Below, one piece after another: positions 19,212-28,687 of a DNA stretch of 64,000 bases. Position numbers and translations under genes: made by a program. This stretch comes from an uncultured Candidatus Saccharibacteria bacterium (GTDB lineage: Bacteria; Patescibacteriota; Saccharimonadia; Saccharimonadales; Saccharimonadaceae). The notes under the pieces were generated by a model, which worked only from the letters and a program-made list of their open reading frames with translations, was not told the DNA's origin and did not search any database. Each line of letters begins with the position of its first letter. Within the stretch, counting starts at the first letter, position 1. The stretch lies in contig CAUTFL010000003.1 in NCBI GenBank assembly GCA_963538065.1, positions 157 to 64,156 of the forward strand, written 5' to 3'.

Positions 19212-22200
19212 CTAGTATCTTGGGGCAATCTCGCGAGAGTAGACCATGTAGGCTTGGCCGCCACTGAGGGATTGGCGGTAGGCCCAGAAGTAAGCATCGG
19301 CCCGGAGGGTGAAGACTTCAGCTGGGTGGATGGAACCTTCGGCGTAGTATGTGCCGGTCGGTCCGGTTTGAAGTGGGTGGGCGCCAGCACGGCCGCCACC
19401 AGTGTGGGATCCAGCGGTGCGGTTAAGAATGAGTTTTCTCGCAAAGACTGGGCCGGTAATGGTGAGAGTTTCATTGCAGGAGAGGGCATTCGGGTAGTGA
19501 TTATCGGAACAGGTGTCAATTTGGTTGTCGCCATAATCTTCGTCGAGAATTAGCCAAGCATCGATATTAGTTACGTTGCTGGTGATGTTGATTTTCTTGG
19601 CAAAGATGAGAACTTGTGGAAAATCGTCCACGGCATTGTAGGTTTCGTGAGCGATATTGATGTTGCGATCAATCGTGAGGGTGCCATCGACGTACATAGC
19701 GAGAGTATTCATAAGCTTTTCGCCGGTGGTGTTGCTTCTGGCAATAAGATTGCCGCCGCGATCGAATTGATAGAAATTGGCAGTGCTATTCATAGCGCTG
19801 AGACTGGTGTCTCCCTGGTGGTAAAGTTGGGAGAGGCCGAGATAATTCTTCGCGGAGGTTTCATTCGAGGTGAGACTAGTGATGGTATTACTAGAATTTC
19901 GAATAATGGTATCACGGAAGCGAGCTTTGAGACGAGCGAGGACGGCGGAACCTATGCGGGAGATGCCAGAATTGCCCGGTCCGTTTTTATCGTTGGCAAT
20001 AGTCATATGGCTGATATTACTAATACCAGAAACTACTGAATTCGGGCCGGTGGGGCCAATGAAGGTATAGTAGGCATTCATGATGCCACCACGAGGAAGA
20101 TTAAAGTTATAGCCCTCTTCATAACCCATAGCAGCACCGGAACCGAAGCCGAGAACTTTGCCGGCAGCGAGGACGCCGAATTCATCCCAGGAGCCGAAGG
20201 ATCGGGTTTCAGCGGAAGGATAGGCGCCGAGGCCACCACCGACGGCTTTTTCAGAGAGCGCGGTTTTGATCGTGCCGTTAGTATAGAAGCCACCACCGAG
20301 GACTTGGAAATTTGGTTTCTTGGCAAGCGTAACGCAGGAGGCAGCCGAGACGTGATGAAGGTTATTTCCACCACTCATGGCAGAGCCGGACATATTATTC
20401 GCGACAGTATTACTATCCGAATCATGGGAAGCGGCTGGCCAGATCACGGAGCGGGTACAATATTTCTTGCCGAGGCCACCACCTGGGAGATCGTCTGGGA
20501 TGGTGCGATCATAATTTTCGGTATTAAGAAAGTCTCCAGTAAACTTACCAGCGGCGTTAATAATACCTTTGACCGTATCTACTAATTTGCAACGCTCGAT
20601 ACCAGAGCCACGGCAAATGTTGCCATTCGCGACGGTCTGCTCTTGGAGCTTAGATTCTGGGTAATTCTCGTCGACGATCATTTCATAGACCTTGACGGTT
20701 TGATCTTCACGGGTATGGGTAGCGTAAGGAGTTTTGGAAACTAATTCGTTTGCACGCGGGGCGACGCCATAATTGGCACCAATGCTAATTCGGGCGCCGA
20801 GGAAACCGACTCCCCCTTCGGAGGATTCGATGTAGCTATGAATAGAGGTATTGAAATTATATGGGGTGTAGACGGAAGATTTCTTTTCGGTTTGGCCGAG
20901 GTTTTGCGTGGTGGTACCGACGTGACTGTCTGGATAGGTTCTTTTATACTCATAGTCATAGTGATCAAGGATTCTATCACGCTTATATCGTTTACAACCA
21001 CCGTCTGGTCTCCATGAAACACAGTAAGATGAGCCTTTTTTGTAAATCGGAATTGCTATTTCTTCACTCCCTTGATAGCCCCACATGGAATTTCGACTAT
21101 TAGCATCACTAGCACTTTCGTAAGAGCCATAATTGTAATGATTAGCATTCTGGGCAGGCTTACCGCTTTTATCAGATTTACCAGTCCAAACTGTGTAGTT
21201 ATTATACCAAGCACGGAGATTGTCGTAGCGAATACCTTGGGAAATTACCGTACCGACTTCGGTAGTGGAGCCGGTTTTGTCAGCAGAATTACAACCGTGC
21301 TGATAATCAATAAAGCCTGGAATTTGATAACCAACGGTTAATTTCGGCGCGTACATACGGTAGTAGTTGGTTTGACAGCCATATTCAGAAGAGGCGTTTT
21401 GGGTTGGCGAATAGGCGGTAAAGCCATAGTCGCTAGTTTCGAGTCCATTACCGCTAAACGGACGCTTATTGCCGCGGCCAATGGAGTGATAATTTCCATC
21501 ATGAACCGGAGAATCACCGAATAAATATTGATTATTCTCTGAACCATTCTTCTGGGCGAAGATTTGGAAATTACTTTCGCCTGGCGGATCTGCGCTACTT
21601 ACATGAGAGCTGCCAGTTTGAATACCGACCTGTTGGATTGGGAAACAGAAAGTTTCATAAAACTGAATACGATCCCCTGGTTTGGCGAAGACATAATTTT
21701 TGCCTTGGAAGTTCTTCTGCCAAGAATTATGACCGAGAGTACCGGAATATGAGTGATTCACTACGCCAGTATCAGCGGAGGTGTTTCCCTTATAGTAGGC
21801 GCCGAAGTTACCAGATAGTTGAGAACAGGTGGTTTGAGCAGTAATAGGCGGTTTGGTTTTATCTGAATCGTCTTCTTTTTTAATAGGAATAATAGTCTGG
21901 CGGCTACAGAACCATGAAACATCATGGGTTTGCCATTGAGCTTCGTATTCGGCAGATGGTATGCCAACAGATGTACCGTTGTAATCCATATGAGCTGTAT
22001 CGTCATTAACAAATCCATCAATTGGGGTACCTCTATGATATACTCCACCATTGAATAATTCAGAATACTTCTGGGGGAACATAATACCGCCAGTGCTACG
22101 ATACCCATTCCCAGTTTTTTGATAAAGCGGATAACCAAAAATAAATACACCACGAGAATCCTTACAAGACATTCTAGTATTTGGATTCACTCCTGGCATT

Positions 22201-22520
22201 AAAGAATTATCTACCGGAAACCCAGGTTTTCTATTGTTTAAGAGATCTCGAAAAGTAAAAGTATCTCTCTTTTCATTTGGTACACCATTTACCTCAAAAT
22301 CATAATAGAACCAGGCTAAACCACTATATTCGCCATTTCGCTTCGTATAGCAAGTGCCACCGACTTTGCATTTTTTAAGATCACCCGCATCATTACCATG
22401 AGTAACCTCATGTTTACCACCATTGCCATACACACTGGAGTTGATGAATGATAATGATAACAAAATAAATCCGATTATTACTGTAGTAAATCTTACAGTT
22501 TTAATTATTTTGCCTCCCAT
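19212..22520 (-). CDS. Large secreted Gly/Ser/Thr/Asn/Cys-rich surface or adhesin-like protein
   Basis: ~1100-aa ORF; signal peptide from MGGKIIK; C-terminus PAEVFTLRADAY...REIAPRY. Confidence 0.8.
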   Translation of the reverse strand: MGGKIIKTVRFTTVIIGFILLSLSFINSSVYGNGGKHEVTHGNDAGDLKKCKVGGTCYTKRNGEYSGLAWFYYDFEVNGVPNEKRDTFTFRDLLNNRKPGFPVDNSLMPGVNPNTRMSCKDSRGVFIFGYPLYQKTGNGYRSTGGIMFPQKYSELFNGGVYHRGTPIDGFVNDDTAHMDYNGTSVGIPSAEYEAQWQTHDVSWFCSRQTIIPIKKEDDSDKTKPPITAQTTCSQLSGNFGAYYKGNTSADTGVVNHSYSGTLGHNSWQKNFQGKNYVFAKPGDRIQFYETFCFPIQQVGIQTGSSHVSSADPPGESNFQIFAQKNGSENNQYLFGDSPVHDGNYHSIGRGNKRPFSGNGLETSDYGFTAYSPTQNASSEYGCQTNYYRMYAPKLTVGYQIPGFIDYQHGCNSADKTGSTTEVGTVISQGIRYDNLRAWYNNYTVWTGKSDKSGKPAQNANHYNYGSYESASDANSRNSMWGYQGSEEIAIPIYKKGSSYCVSWRPDGGCKRYKRDRILDHYDYEYKRTYPDSHVGTTTQNLGQTEKKSSVYTPYNFNTSIHSYIESSEGGVGFLGARISIGANYGVAPRANELVSKTPYATHTREDQTVKVYEMIVDENYPESKLQEQTVANGNICRGSGIERCKLVDTVKGIINAAGKFTGDFLNTENYDRTIPDDLPGGGLGKKYCTRSVIWPAASHDSDSNTVANNMSGSAMSGGNNLHHVSAASCVTLAKKPNFQVLGGGFYTNGTIKTALSEKAVGGGLGAYPSAETRSFGSWDEFGVLAAGKVLGFGSGAAMGYEEGYNFNLPRGGIMNAYYTFIGPTGPNSVVSGISNISHMTIANDKNGPGNSGISRIGSAVLARLKARFRDTIIRNSSNTITSLTSNETSAKNYLGLSQLYHQGDTSLSAMNSTANFYQFDRGGNLIARSNTTGEKLMNTLAMYVDGTLTIDRNINIAHETYNAVDDFPQVLIFAKKINITSNVTNIDAWLILDEDYGDNQIDTCSDNHYPNALSCNETLTITGPVFARKLILNRTAGSHTGGGRAGAHPLQTGPTGTYYAEGSIHPAEVFTLRADAYFWAYRQSLSGGQAYMVYSREIAPRY

Positions 22521-22550
22521 AATGCTTATAGTATAACACATTAGGAATAA

Positions 22551-22579
22551 TAAAAACCACCCAACTTGGGTGGTTTTTA
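22551..22579. terminator. Intrinsic terminator
   Basis: TAAAAACCACCCA-ACT-TGGGTGGTTTTTA perfect inverted repeat. Confidence 0.85.
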
Positions 22580-22587
22580 AAGAAGTA

Positions 22588-23496
22588 TTAGTAGAGCATT
22601 CTACGTCCTTCGTATGGTTCAATAAATCCATAGCTTTTAATTTCCCTGTGTATTTCACCAAAGGACCTAGCGGAAGTAAACTGGAGCATCTGTCTTAACT
22701 TATCAAGCTGATCAGCGGAGATGAAGAGCACCTCATTTTGGTTTTCCCTATAGAGGCGCACATTAGTAACGTCTCGCTTCTGAGAGTAGAAAACCATTTC
22801 GTAAACATGCTGCAATTTCCCCTCTGCTCTAGCCTTAGCCTGAAATTCATATCTCTGCTTCAACTCGAAAAGCTCCCACTTAGTAAAACCGGCTTCAATA
22901 TCTGCCGGAAGGATAACAGTCATCTCTTGACTATAAGTAAGAGCAGGGTTAGAAAAGACTGGAGTTTGAAGTTGAATACGCATCCCAAATGGATCGGTTC
23001 TCTTAGATTCAAAGACCACAATCTTGTCTGGGTAGACCGCACGATAACCGTCTACTTCTGGACATTCTGGAATTTCCCTTTCCCAACTGTCTGGATTAAC
23101 GTAAAAGGGCTCCAATGCGCGTAGTCCTTCAACGCCATATTTTCTACCTTGGCCGCTAGAATTATAACGACCTTCCTCAACGATATTTCCTGTATCTTCG
23201 GCCCACTGATAATACATCAGTTGACCATTATCGAAGCGCTGGTAGAGATGCCAGTCAGTAGCATCAAAGGTCTTATTCTCAGCCTTCAATTGCTGGGCTG
23301 GGAACTGGTATTTACTAGTGTCATACTGCACGTTTTGAACATCCGTGTTCGTTGTGCTAGTATTGCCACTAGACTGAGTAGCGCCTTGGTTAGCGCTAGG
23401 CTTCAAGCCTAGGACACCAGCCTCAGCTTCGGTTGCAAAAACATTCGTAGCAAAAGCTACTACGGCCAACATAGTTGCTAAAACAGTCTTTTTCAT
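22588..23496 (-). CDS. Hypothetical secreted protein
   Basis: Signal peptide MKKTVLATMLAVVAFATNVFA with GAGG RBS upstream. Confidence 0.8.
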   Translation of the reverse strand: MKKTVLATMLAVVAFATNVFATEAEAGVLGLKPSANQGATQSSGNTSTTNTDVQNVQYDTSKYQFPAQQLKAENKTFDATDWHLYQRFDNGQLMYYQWAEDTGNIVEEGRYNSSGQGRKYGVEGLRALEPFYVNPDSWEREIPECPEVDGYRAVYPDKIVVFESKRTDPFGMRIQLQTPVFSNPALTYSQEMTVILPADIEAGFTKWELFELKQRYEFQAKARAEGKLQHVYEMVFYSQKRDVTNVRLYRENQNEVLFISADQLDKLRQMLQFTSARSFGEIHREIKSYGFIEPYEGRRMLY

Positions 23497-23581
23497 ATTA
23501 ATACCTCTTTCTGAATGAACTACTCTGGCCAATCCAGAGTAGTAACCATAGGCTTCTCTCTGAATATCAGAATCTGGTTGC

Positions 23582-23610
23582 ATTATATAACATTTATGGT
23601 TAAATGTCAA
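23582..23610 (-). promoter_or_regulatory. Consensus sigma70 promoter for the secreted protein gene
   Basis: TTGACA-17 nt-TATAAT on the minus strand. Confidence 0.85.
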
Positions 23611-23635
23611 TATGTACGTTAAGGTCCAGGACCTT
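23604..23635. repeat. Left copy of 32-bp inverted repeat / putative operator
   Basis: 31/32 identical to the reverse complement of 25074-25105; core AAGGTCC-A-GGACCTT. Confidence 0.9.
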
Positions 23636-23771
23636 TGCAACATAGATTGGTGTCTCATGACATAATAAAAATATGGTGCCAATTGTTCACATTTAATTGG
23701 CCACCAACTATTGCCGTCTATATATGAAAATGAAAACCCTAAATATAGGTGTTTCGTAATATAATATAATT

Positions 23772-24110
23772 ATGAAGACACACGAAATGAACCTGCAACC
23801 AAAATACTTTGACTTCATTAAAGATGGAACCAAACGTATTGAGCTTCGTCTCTATGATGAAAAAAGGCAATTAATCCGACTTGGCGATATAATCGAATTC
23901 ACAAAGTCAGATGACGAAAAATTCAAAGCAGAAGTAATTGGACTTTTACTTTATAGTTCATTTAATGACCTATTTGAGGATTTTGATATCTCAATCCTCG
24001 CTGACGCCACAATGACTAAGCAAGAATTATTGGATGTTCTTGGAGAGTTCTACACGTCAGAAAAACAAGCCGAATTTGGCGTAGTTGGTATTCGCCTTAA
24101 ATTGTTATAA
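23772..24110 (+). CDS. ASCH (PUA-like) domain protein
   Basis: HEMNL...YFDFIKDGTKRIELRLYDEKR...GDIIEF. Confidence 0.92.
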   Translation: MKTHEMNLQPKYFDFIKDGTKRIELRLYDEKRQLIRLGDIIEFTKSDDEKFKAEVIGLLLYSSFNDLFEDFDISILADATMTKQELLDVLGEFYTSEKQAEFGVVGIRLKLL

Positions 24111-24116
24111 GTCAAT

Positions 24117-24149
24117 AAAAAGGACGCTTCGTTAAAAGCGTCCTTTTTT
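24117..24149. terminator. Bidirectional intrinsic terminator
   Basis: AAAAAGGACGCTT-CGTTAA-AAGCGTCCTTTTT between convergent genes. Confidence 0.85.
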
Positions 24150-24155
24150 GTTGAA

Positions 24156-24986
24156 TTACATAGTGCCGTTAAAAACATGTTCCCGTGAGTGGCTATTGTA
24201 GTAGCCGGTTTCAAGAATCTGATCTTCGGTCCAGTCGTACTTCTTGATGATTCCAGCGAACTGGTCAAGTTTATAATCGGCAATAGTAATGAGAGGCTTG
24301 GTCGTGCCGAGCCAGTCAAAACATTTCTCGATTAAGGCTGTCGCGATACCTTGTTTTTGATAATCCGGTTTTACATAGAACGTACAAATCTTGCGCTCAT
24401 TCGCATCTTTTTTTAAGAATGCTGTGGCCGCAATTTTTTCGTTTACGTAACACGAAATCACTTCGCGTTCTCCGTCGAAAATTCCAGGTACATATTTACT
24501 GTAGAAATGATCGCAATGAGCAGGATAATCCTTACATATCCAGTCAGTAATCATGTAACTTTCTGCAATTACTTTGGAAAAATCCTTATTACGTTCAGCT
24601 TTTAGTAAATCTGATGCTTTGAAAAATTCACGAGTAGTCTTCTGCGAATCCTTAGTCTTGAATTTAAGCTCAAAAACATAGACACCTAGAGACTCTTTAT
24701 CCTTTGGATAAATACCGCAAAGTGTCCTGAGAGCTCCGTTGAAAGTCATCCCTGGGAGAACCTTGTTGACCCCCTCTACTTCGAGCATCCTCTTAAAGCT
24801 GTCGTATACGCCAACACGCAATACATCGAACTCATTTGGACCGTAATTCTCAAAAGTAATGGTATCGCCCTTCTTTACCTTCTTGATTTGCGAGTACCCT
24901 ACGCGAATCTCAAGGCTTTTTTCACCGCTTTTGAGCTGATGGAAGTACTCTTTTTTGACTCTCCAGACGTGTTTTTTCGTCATCAT
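24156..24986 (-). CDS. ASCH domain - GNAT acetyltransferase fusion
   Basis: N-terminal YFHQLKSGEKSLEIRVG (ASCH); C-terminal KICTFYVKPDYQKQGIATALI (GNAT motif A). Confidence 0.9.
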   Translation of the reverse strand: MMTKKHVWRVKKEYFHQLKSGEKSLEIRVGYSQIKKVKKGDTITFENYGPNEFDVLRVGVYDSFKRMLEVEGVNKVLPGMTFNGALRTLCGIYPKDKESLGVYVFELKFKTKDSQKTTREFFKASDLLKAERNKDFSKVIAESYMITDWICKDYPAHCDHFYSKYVPGIFDGEREVISCYVNEKIAATAFLKKDANERKICTFYVKPDYQKQGIATALIEKCFDWLGTTKPLITIADYKLDQFAGIIKKYDWTEDQILETGYYNSHSREHVFNGTM

Positions 24987-25068
24987 TAATCAACTCCTTT
25001 CAAAGTTCTATAGAGGTTTACGCTATCTAATGATTATTATATCATATTTTTAGATAAAATAAATTATA

Positions 25069-25127
25069 CCGTTAAGGTCCTGGACCTTAACGGACATATT
25101 GACATATTAAATTATTCGTGATATAAT
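25069..25127 (+). promoter_or_regulatory. 25-bp palindrome (right repeat copy) plus consensus sigma70 promoter
   Basis: CCGTTAAGGTCC-T-GGACCTTAACGG (25069-25093); TTGACA (25099)-17 nt-TATAAT (25122) with extended TG. Confidence 0.88.
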
Positions 25128-25133
25128 TTAAAT

Positions 25134-25556
25134 ATCATTAAAAATAATGATAAATGACACTTATCAAAGTTGAAGTCACCTAGTCAAATGACTGGGGGAT
25201 GAGAGCAACTAGATTAAAAAGTGGTAAGGAAAGATGTAGCGAAAAATCGCGATTAAGTTCTCAAAAAGTACATTAAAAAACATCTCCACGTGTCATTTCA
25301 AAATCCTTAAAAGGGGCAAATTACTAACTAAAGTTTTAATAAATCCAGTATTAGCTGGTGATAGTAAGTAAACTGAAGTGAAAAGATGGTTTCGAGGAAT
25401 AGTAATCTGTGTTATATACAGATGAAATTAAAAGGTTAGTGCACAATCGCACGTAAATCTTACTAAAAGCACTTTTTAGCCTCCATCCTGTAATTTTAAT
25501 AAACCTCATATGAGTCCCTAGTACATATTAACCCGCTGGAACATGCGGGTTTTTTC
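25134..25556 (+). ncRNA. Candidate large structured non-coding RNA (~420 nt), family not recognised
   Basis: Lies between a perfect promoter and a terminator, contains no ORF of 60 aa or more, and has many local and long-range helices. Confidence 0.6.
25530..25556 (+). terminator. Intrinsic terminator closing the candidate ncRNA
   Basis: AACCCGC-TGGAACAT-GCGGGTT followed by a T-run on the + strand. Confidence 0.8.
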
Positions 25557-25588
25557 TTTTTATATGGAGTTTATCACAAGACTTCAAT

Positions 25589-26209
25589 TTAAATCTCTTC
25601 AAAGAGATATTTTTCTGGAGCAGATAAAAAGGCCTCAAATGATTGGCCAGAGAAATGATGGTCCGCATTTGGCTGAATATATACAGTGCCTACTTCTTTG
25701 AATTTATCGATAAGCTTGAATGAAGGATCCTGCTCGCTAATTAGAAAAATGTTTGATCGCCTTGGGCGTTGGCTAAGATCGTCAAAAACATCATTATCAA
25801 TCAGAGTTGCGGGATTAATAAGTAAAATTTTATCAATATAATCAAATATTAGCGACACAATACTAGTCATATAAGCACCAAGTGAATGTCCCATGATATA
25901 AAGAGTTTTCGTTGGTAGATCATAGGTATTTTCAATAAACTCTAGGACTTCAAAAAGATTTCTAAGATGTAACCCAGCCATATTAGAGGGATTACTCATC
26001 CTAATTACGGTTGCGCCAAATCTGGAGTTAATATTTTCAGCAATGGTTTTATATTTATTTTTATAACCATCGACTAAGCCATCAATCCCGGGAACAATCA
26101 GCAAGATAATATCGCTTTGACCTTCAATAGTGGAAACCTCAATATTAACCTCGTCATTAATGTAATTGCCTTCCTGAATATACTTGATAGTGATATTATG
26201 ATGGTTCAT
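25589..26209 (-). CDS. Alpha/beta hydrolase
   Basis: GHSLG nucleophile elbow, EQD, ADHHF. Confidence 0.88.
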   Translation of the reverse strand: MNHHNITIKYIQEGNYINDEVNIEVSTIEGQSDIILLIVPGIDGLVDGYKNKYKTIAENINSRFGATVIRMSNPSNMAGLHLRNLFEVLEFIENTYDLPTKTLYIMGHSLGAYMTSIVSLIFDYIDKILLINPATLIDNDVFDDLSQRPRRSNIFLISEQDPSFKLIDKFKEVGTVYIQPNADHHFSGQSFEAFLSAPEKYLFEEI

Positions 26210-26247
26210 AGAGGACTTTTGATTTGCATGGGTTTAACGTTCTCTTA

Positions 26248-28200
26248 TTAGTAAAGTTTAGCTTCTTTTGGTAGTTTGCTACCTTCGAAAATATCTTTCA
26301 AATCATCTTCCTCGAGGGTTTCTTTTTCGAGAAGTGCATTGGCTACGCGATCGAGAATTTCACGGTTGGCAAGCAAGACAGCTTCCGCGCGCTTAGCGGC
26401 TTCATCAGTGAAAGCGCGCATTTCTTGATCAATGAGCTCGGCAGTTTTTTCGGAATAAGGTTTGCCACTGGTGAGAGCGTAGTAAGATGATTCGTCGGAT
26501 GGAAAAACTTGATTACGAGTCTTGGTACCAAGACCTTCGCGCAGAATCATATCCTTGCTGAGTTCGGCGATATGTTTCAAATCTGAAGCGGCGCCAGTAG
26601 TGACACGATCTTCACCGAAGACAATTTTTTCCGCAATACGACCGCCCATCGCGCGAGCCATCACATCCTTGAGTTCATAGATATTTTTATAGCTACGATC
26701 TTCTGGCGGCAAGAACCAAGTGACACCACCGGTATGACCACGAGGAATAATGGTGATTTTATGTACTGGATCAGAGTCCGGAAGGACGTGGCCAACTACG
26801 GCATGGCCAGCTTCGTGATAGGCGGTAAGCTTCTTTTCTTCGTCATTCATCACCTTGGATTTGCGTTCTGGACCAATCGCCACACGTTCGAAAGCTTCGG
26901 TAAGGTCCTTATTGGTGATTTCCTTGTGGCCAACTCTCGCAGCGGTGATGGCGGCTTCATTAGCAATATTAGCTAGGTCTGCACCAGAGGAGCCGGCAGT
27001 TTTTTTGGCAAGAGATTCAAGATCAATCGATTCGATGGTTGGTTTATTCTTAAAATGCACTTTCAAAATTTCGAGACGATCCTTGCGCTCTGGCAAAGTC
27101 ACCTCGACATGACGGTCGAAACGACCTGGACGGAGCAGCGCCTTATCCAGCATATCGATACGGTTAGTCGCGGCAATCACGATAACACCGGATTCATTAT
27201 CGAAACCGTCCATCTCAACAAGAATTTGGTTCAATGTTTGCTCATCTTCACGACCAGCCCCACCACGCGAGTCACGCTTGTGAGCTACAGCATCAATTTC
27301 ATCGATGAAGATAATACTTGGGGCGTTTTTCTTCGCCTTACTGAAGAGGTCACGCACACGAGAAGCACCGACACCGACGAACATTTCGGCAAATTCAGAA
27401 CCAGAAATACTAAAGAATGGAACATTGGCTTCACCGGCTACGGCACGCGCCATGAGAGTTTTACCAGTACCTGGATCGCCAGCGAGCAAGACACCACGAG
27501 GGATTTTGGCACCAAGTTTTTCGTATTTTTTAGGGTTCTTAAGGAAATCAACGATTTCGGAAAGATCCTGTTTGGCGGCTTCGTTGCCAGCCACATCTTC
27601 GAATAAGACGCGTTTTTTATCTGGACCGTAAAGTTTGGCACGAGATTTACCAAAGCTCATACTCTCCTTATTCACGCTTTGTGCTTGGCCAAGCATGCGA
27701 CTAAAGAGAAAGATTGCGATAGCAATTGGGATGAGAAGAGAGGCAATATTTAGAATAATGCCAAGAAGATCGATATCATCAGAATAGGTGATATTTGGGT
27801 ATTTTTTCAGACATTCAGTGGCATCGTTGCCGGACTTGTCAGCACATTTAACGGTGAGACCTTGGTCATAAAGAGTGCCAGCGCCATCCTTGCGGGAATA
27901 CTTTTTGGCTTTTTGATCCTTGTAAGTGATAGTGAGGTTATTGCCAGCAACATTAATTTCCTGAATTTTGCCATTTTCTTGGTTAGCCTCAGCAATCACC
28001 TCGGAAAGCGGCACTTCCTTATGAGCATTTTCACCATTGCCAGTAAGATAATTCCAAAAAGCAAGCGATAAAATAATTAATAAGAAGGTAGAAAAGAGAG
28101 AGCGAAAGGTATTCGAAGGGCCATTTTTCTTCGATTTGTTATTATTTGATTTCACAAATTTGATTTTAGGACGATTCGAATCAGTATTTGAATTATTCAT
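26248..28200 (-). CDS. ftsH: ATP-dependent zinc metalloprotease FtsH
   Basis: Two TMs, [30 protein letters not shown]. Confidence 0.98.
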   Translation of the reverse strand: MNNSNTDSNRPKIKFVKSNNNKSKKNGPSNTFRSLFSTFLLIILSLAFWNYLTGNGENAHKEVPLSEVIAEANQENGKIQEINVAGNNLTITYKDQKAKKYSRKDGAGTLYDQGLTVKCADKSGNDATECLKKYPNITYSDDIDLLGIILNIASLLIPIAIAIFLFSRMLGQAQSVNKESMSFGKSRAKLYGPDKKRVLFEDVAGNEAAKQDLSEIVDFLKNPKKYEKLGAKIPRGVLLAGDPGTGKTLMARAVAGEANVPFFSISGSEFAEMFVGVGASRVRDLFSKAKKNAPSIIFIDEIDAVAHKRDSRGGAGREDEQTLNQILVEMDGFDNESGVIVIAATNRIDMLDKALLRPGRFDRHVEVTLPERKDRLEILKVHFKNKPTIESIDLESLAKKTAGSSGADLANIANEAAITAARVGHKEITNKDLTEAFERVAIGPERKSKVMNDEEKKLTAYHEAGHAVVGHVLPDSDPVHKITIIPRGHTGGVTWFLPPEDRSYKNIYELKDVMARAMGGRIAEKIVFGEDRVTTGAASDLKHIAELSKDMILREGLGTKTRNQVFPSDESSYYALTSGKPYSEKTAELIDQEMRAFTDEAAKRAEAVLLANREILDRVANALLEKETLEEDDLKDIFEGSKLPKEAKLY

Positions 28201-28266
28201 ATCTATAATTTTAACATATTTATTGCATAATTAACGGAAATGTGGTAGATTAAAAGAGTAGTGTTT

Positions 28267-28342
28267 CGGGGCGTGGCACAGTTGGTAGCGCGCGGCGTTT
28301 GGGACGCTGAGGTCGCAAGTTCGAGTCTTGTCGCCCCGACCA
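28267..28342 (+). tRNA. tRNA-Pro(TGG)
   Basis: Cloverleaf CGGGGCG...CGCCCCG-A-CCA, anticodon loop TTTGGGA. Confidence 0.95.
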
Positions 28343-28425
28343 CATCACATATTGCGACTATTTATATGGTCGTTTTTTATTTGTGTTTAGCTTAATCGAA
28401 CTTGCGGAACGTCCCAAGGGGTAAA

Positions 28426-28454
28426 CGCAAGTTCGAGTCTTGTCGCCCCGACCA
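28426..28454 (+). repeat. Exact 29-bp duplicate of the tRNA-Pro 3' end (att-like)
   Basis: CGCAAGTTCGAGTCTTGTCGCCCCGACCA is identical to 28314-28342. Confidence 0.92.
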
Positions 28455-28687
28455 TTCCAGGAGGAAAAATAAAGAAAATTTATTTTCTTTATTTGACCGA
28501 CGCAGAATGGAAATATTTTGCGATAACAAAAGCTTACCATTATTATATTGCGACTATTTGTATGGTCGTTTTTTGTTTATAAAACATAAATATACTTATA
28601 CTGTTTTTATAAAGTTTTTCATTATATAATTTACTTACTTAATATATGGTTATATTTTTCTTTTAATCGCTCGTAGAAAGGATAAAG

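Noticed and set aside
22521..22661. Long overlap between the 1149-aa and 364-aa ORFs
   Set aside because: Artefact of longest-ORF start choice; signal peptides and promoters place the starts at 22520 and 23496, with a terminator between the genes
25199..25276. 25-codon ORF MRATRLKSGK... as the purpose of the 25.1-25.55 kb transcript
   Set aside because: Covers under a fifth of the unit, has no properly spaced RBS, and lies within predicted helices
25195..25290. tmRNA or tRNA-like gene (GGGGATG...CATCTCCA)
   Set aside because: No T-arm (TTCRA), no CCA end, no tag reading frame, and the span is too short
27055..27631. Long antisense ORFs inside ftsH (and similarly in dnaK, glmS and the ABC genes)
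   Set aside because: Shadow ORFs opposite well-conserved genes, with no recognisable motifs
28402..28629. 75-aa ORF, or a second tRNA-Pro
   Set aside because: Only the tRNA 3' 29 nt are present, and the ORF runs through repeat and terminator sequence
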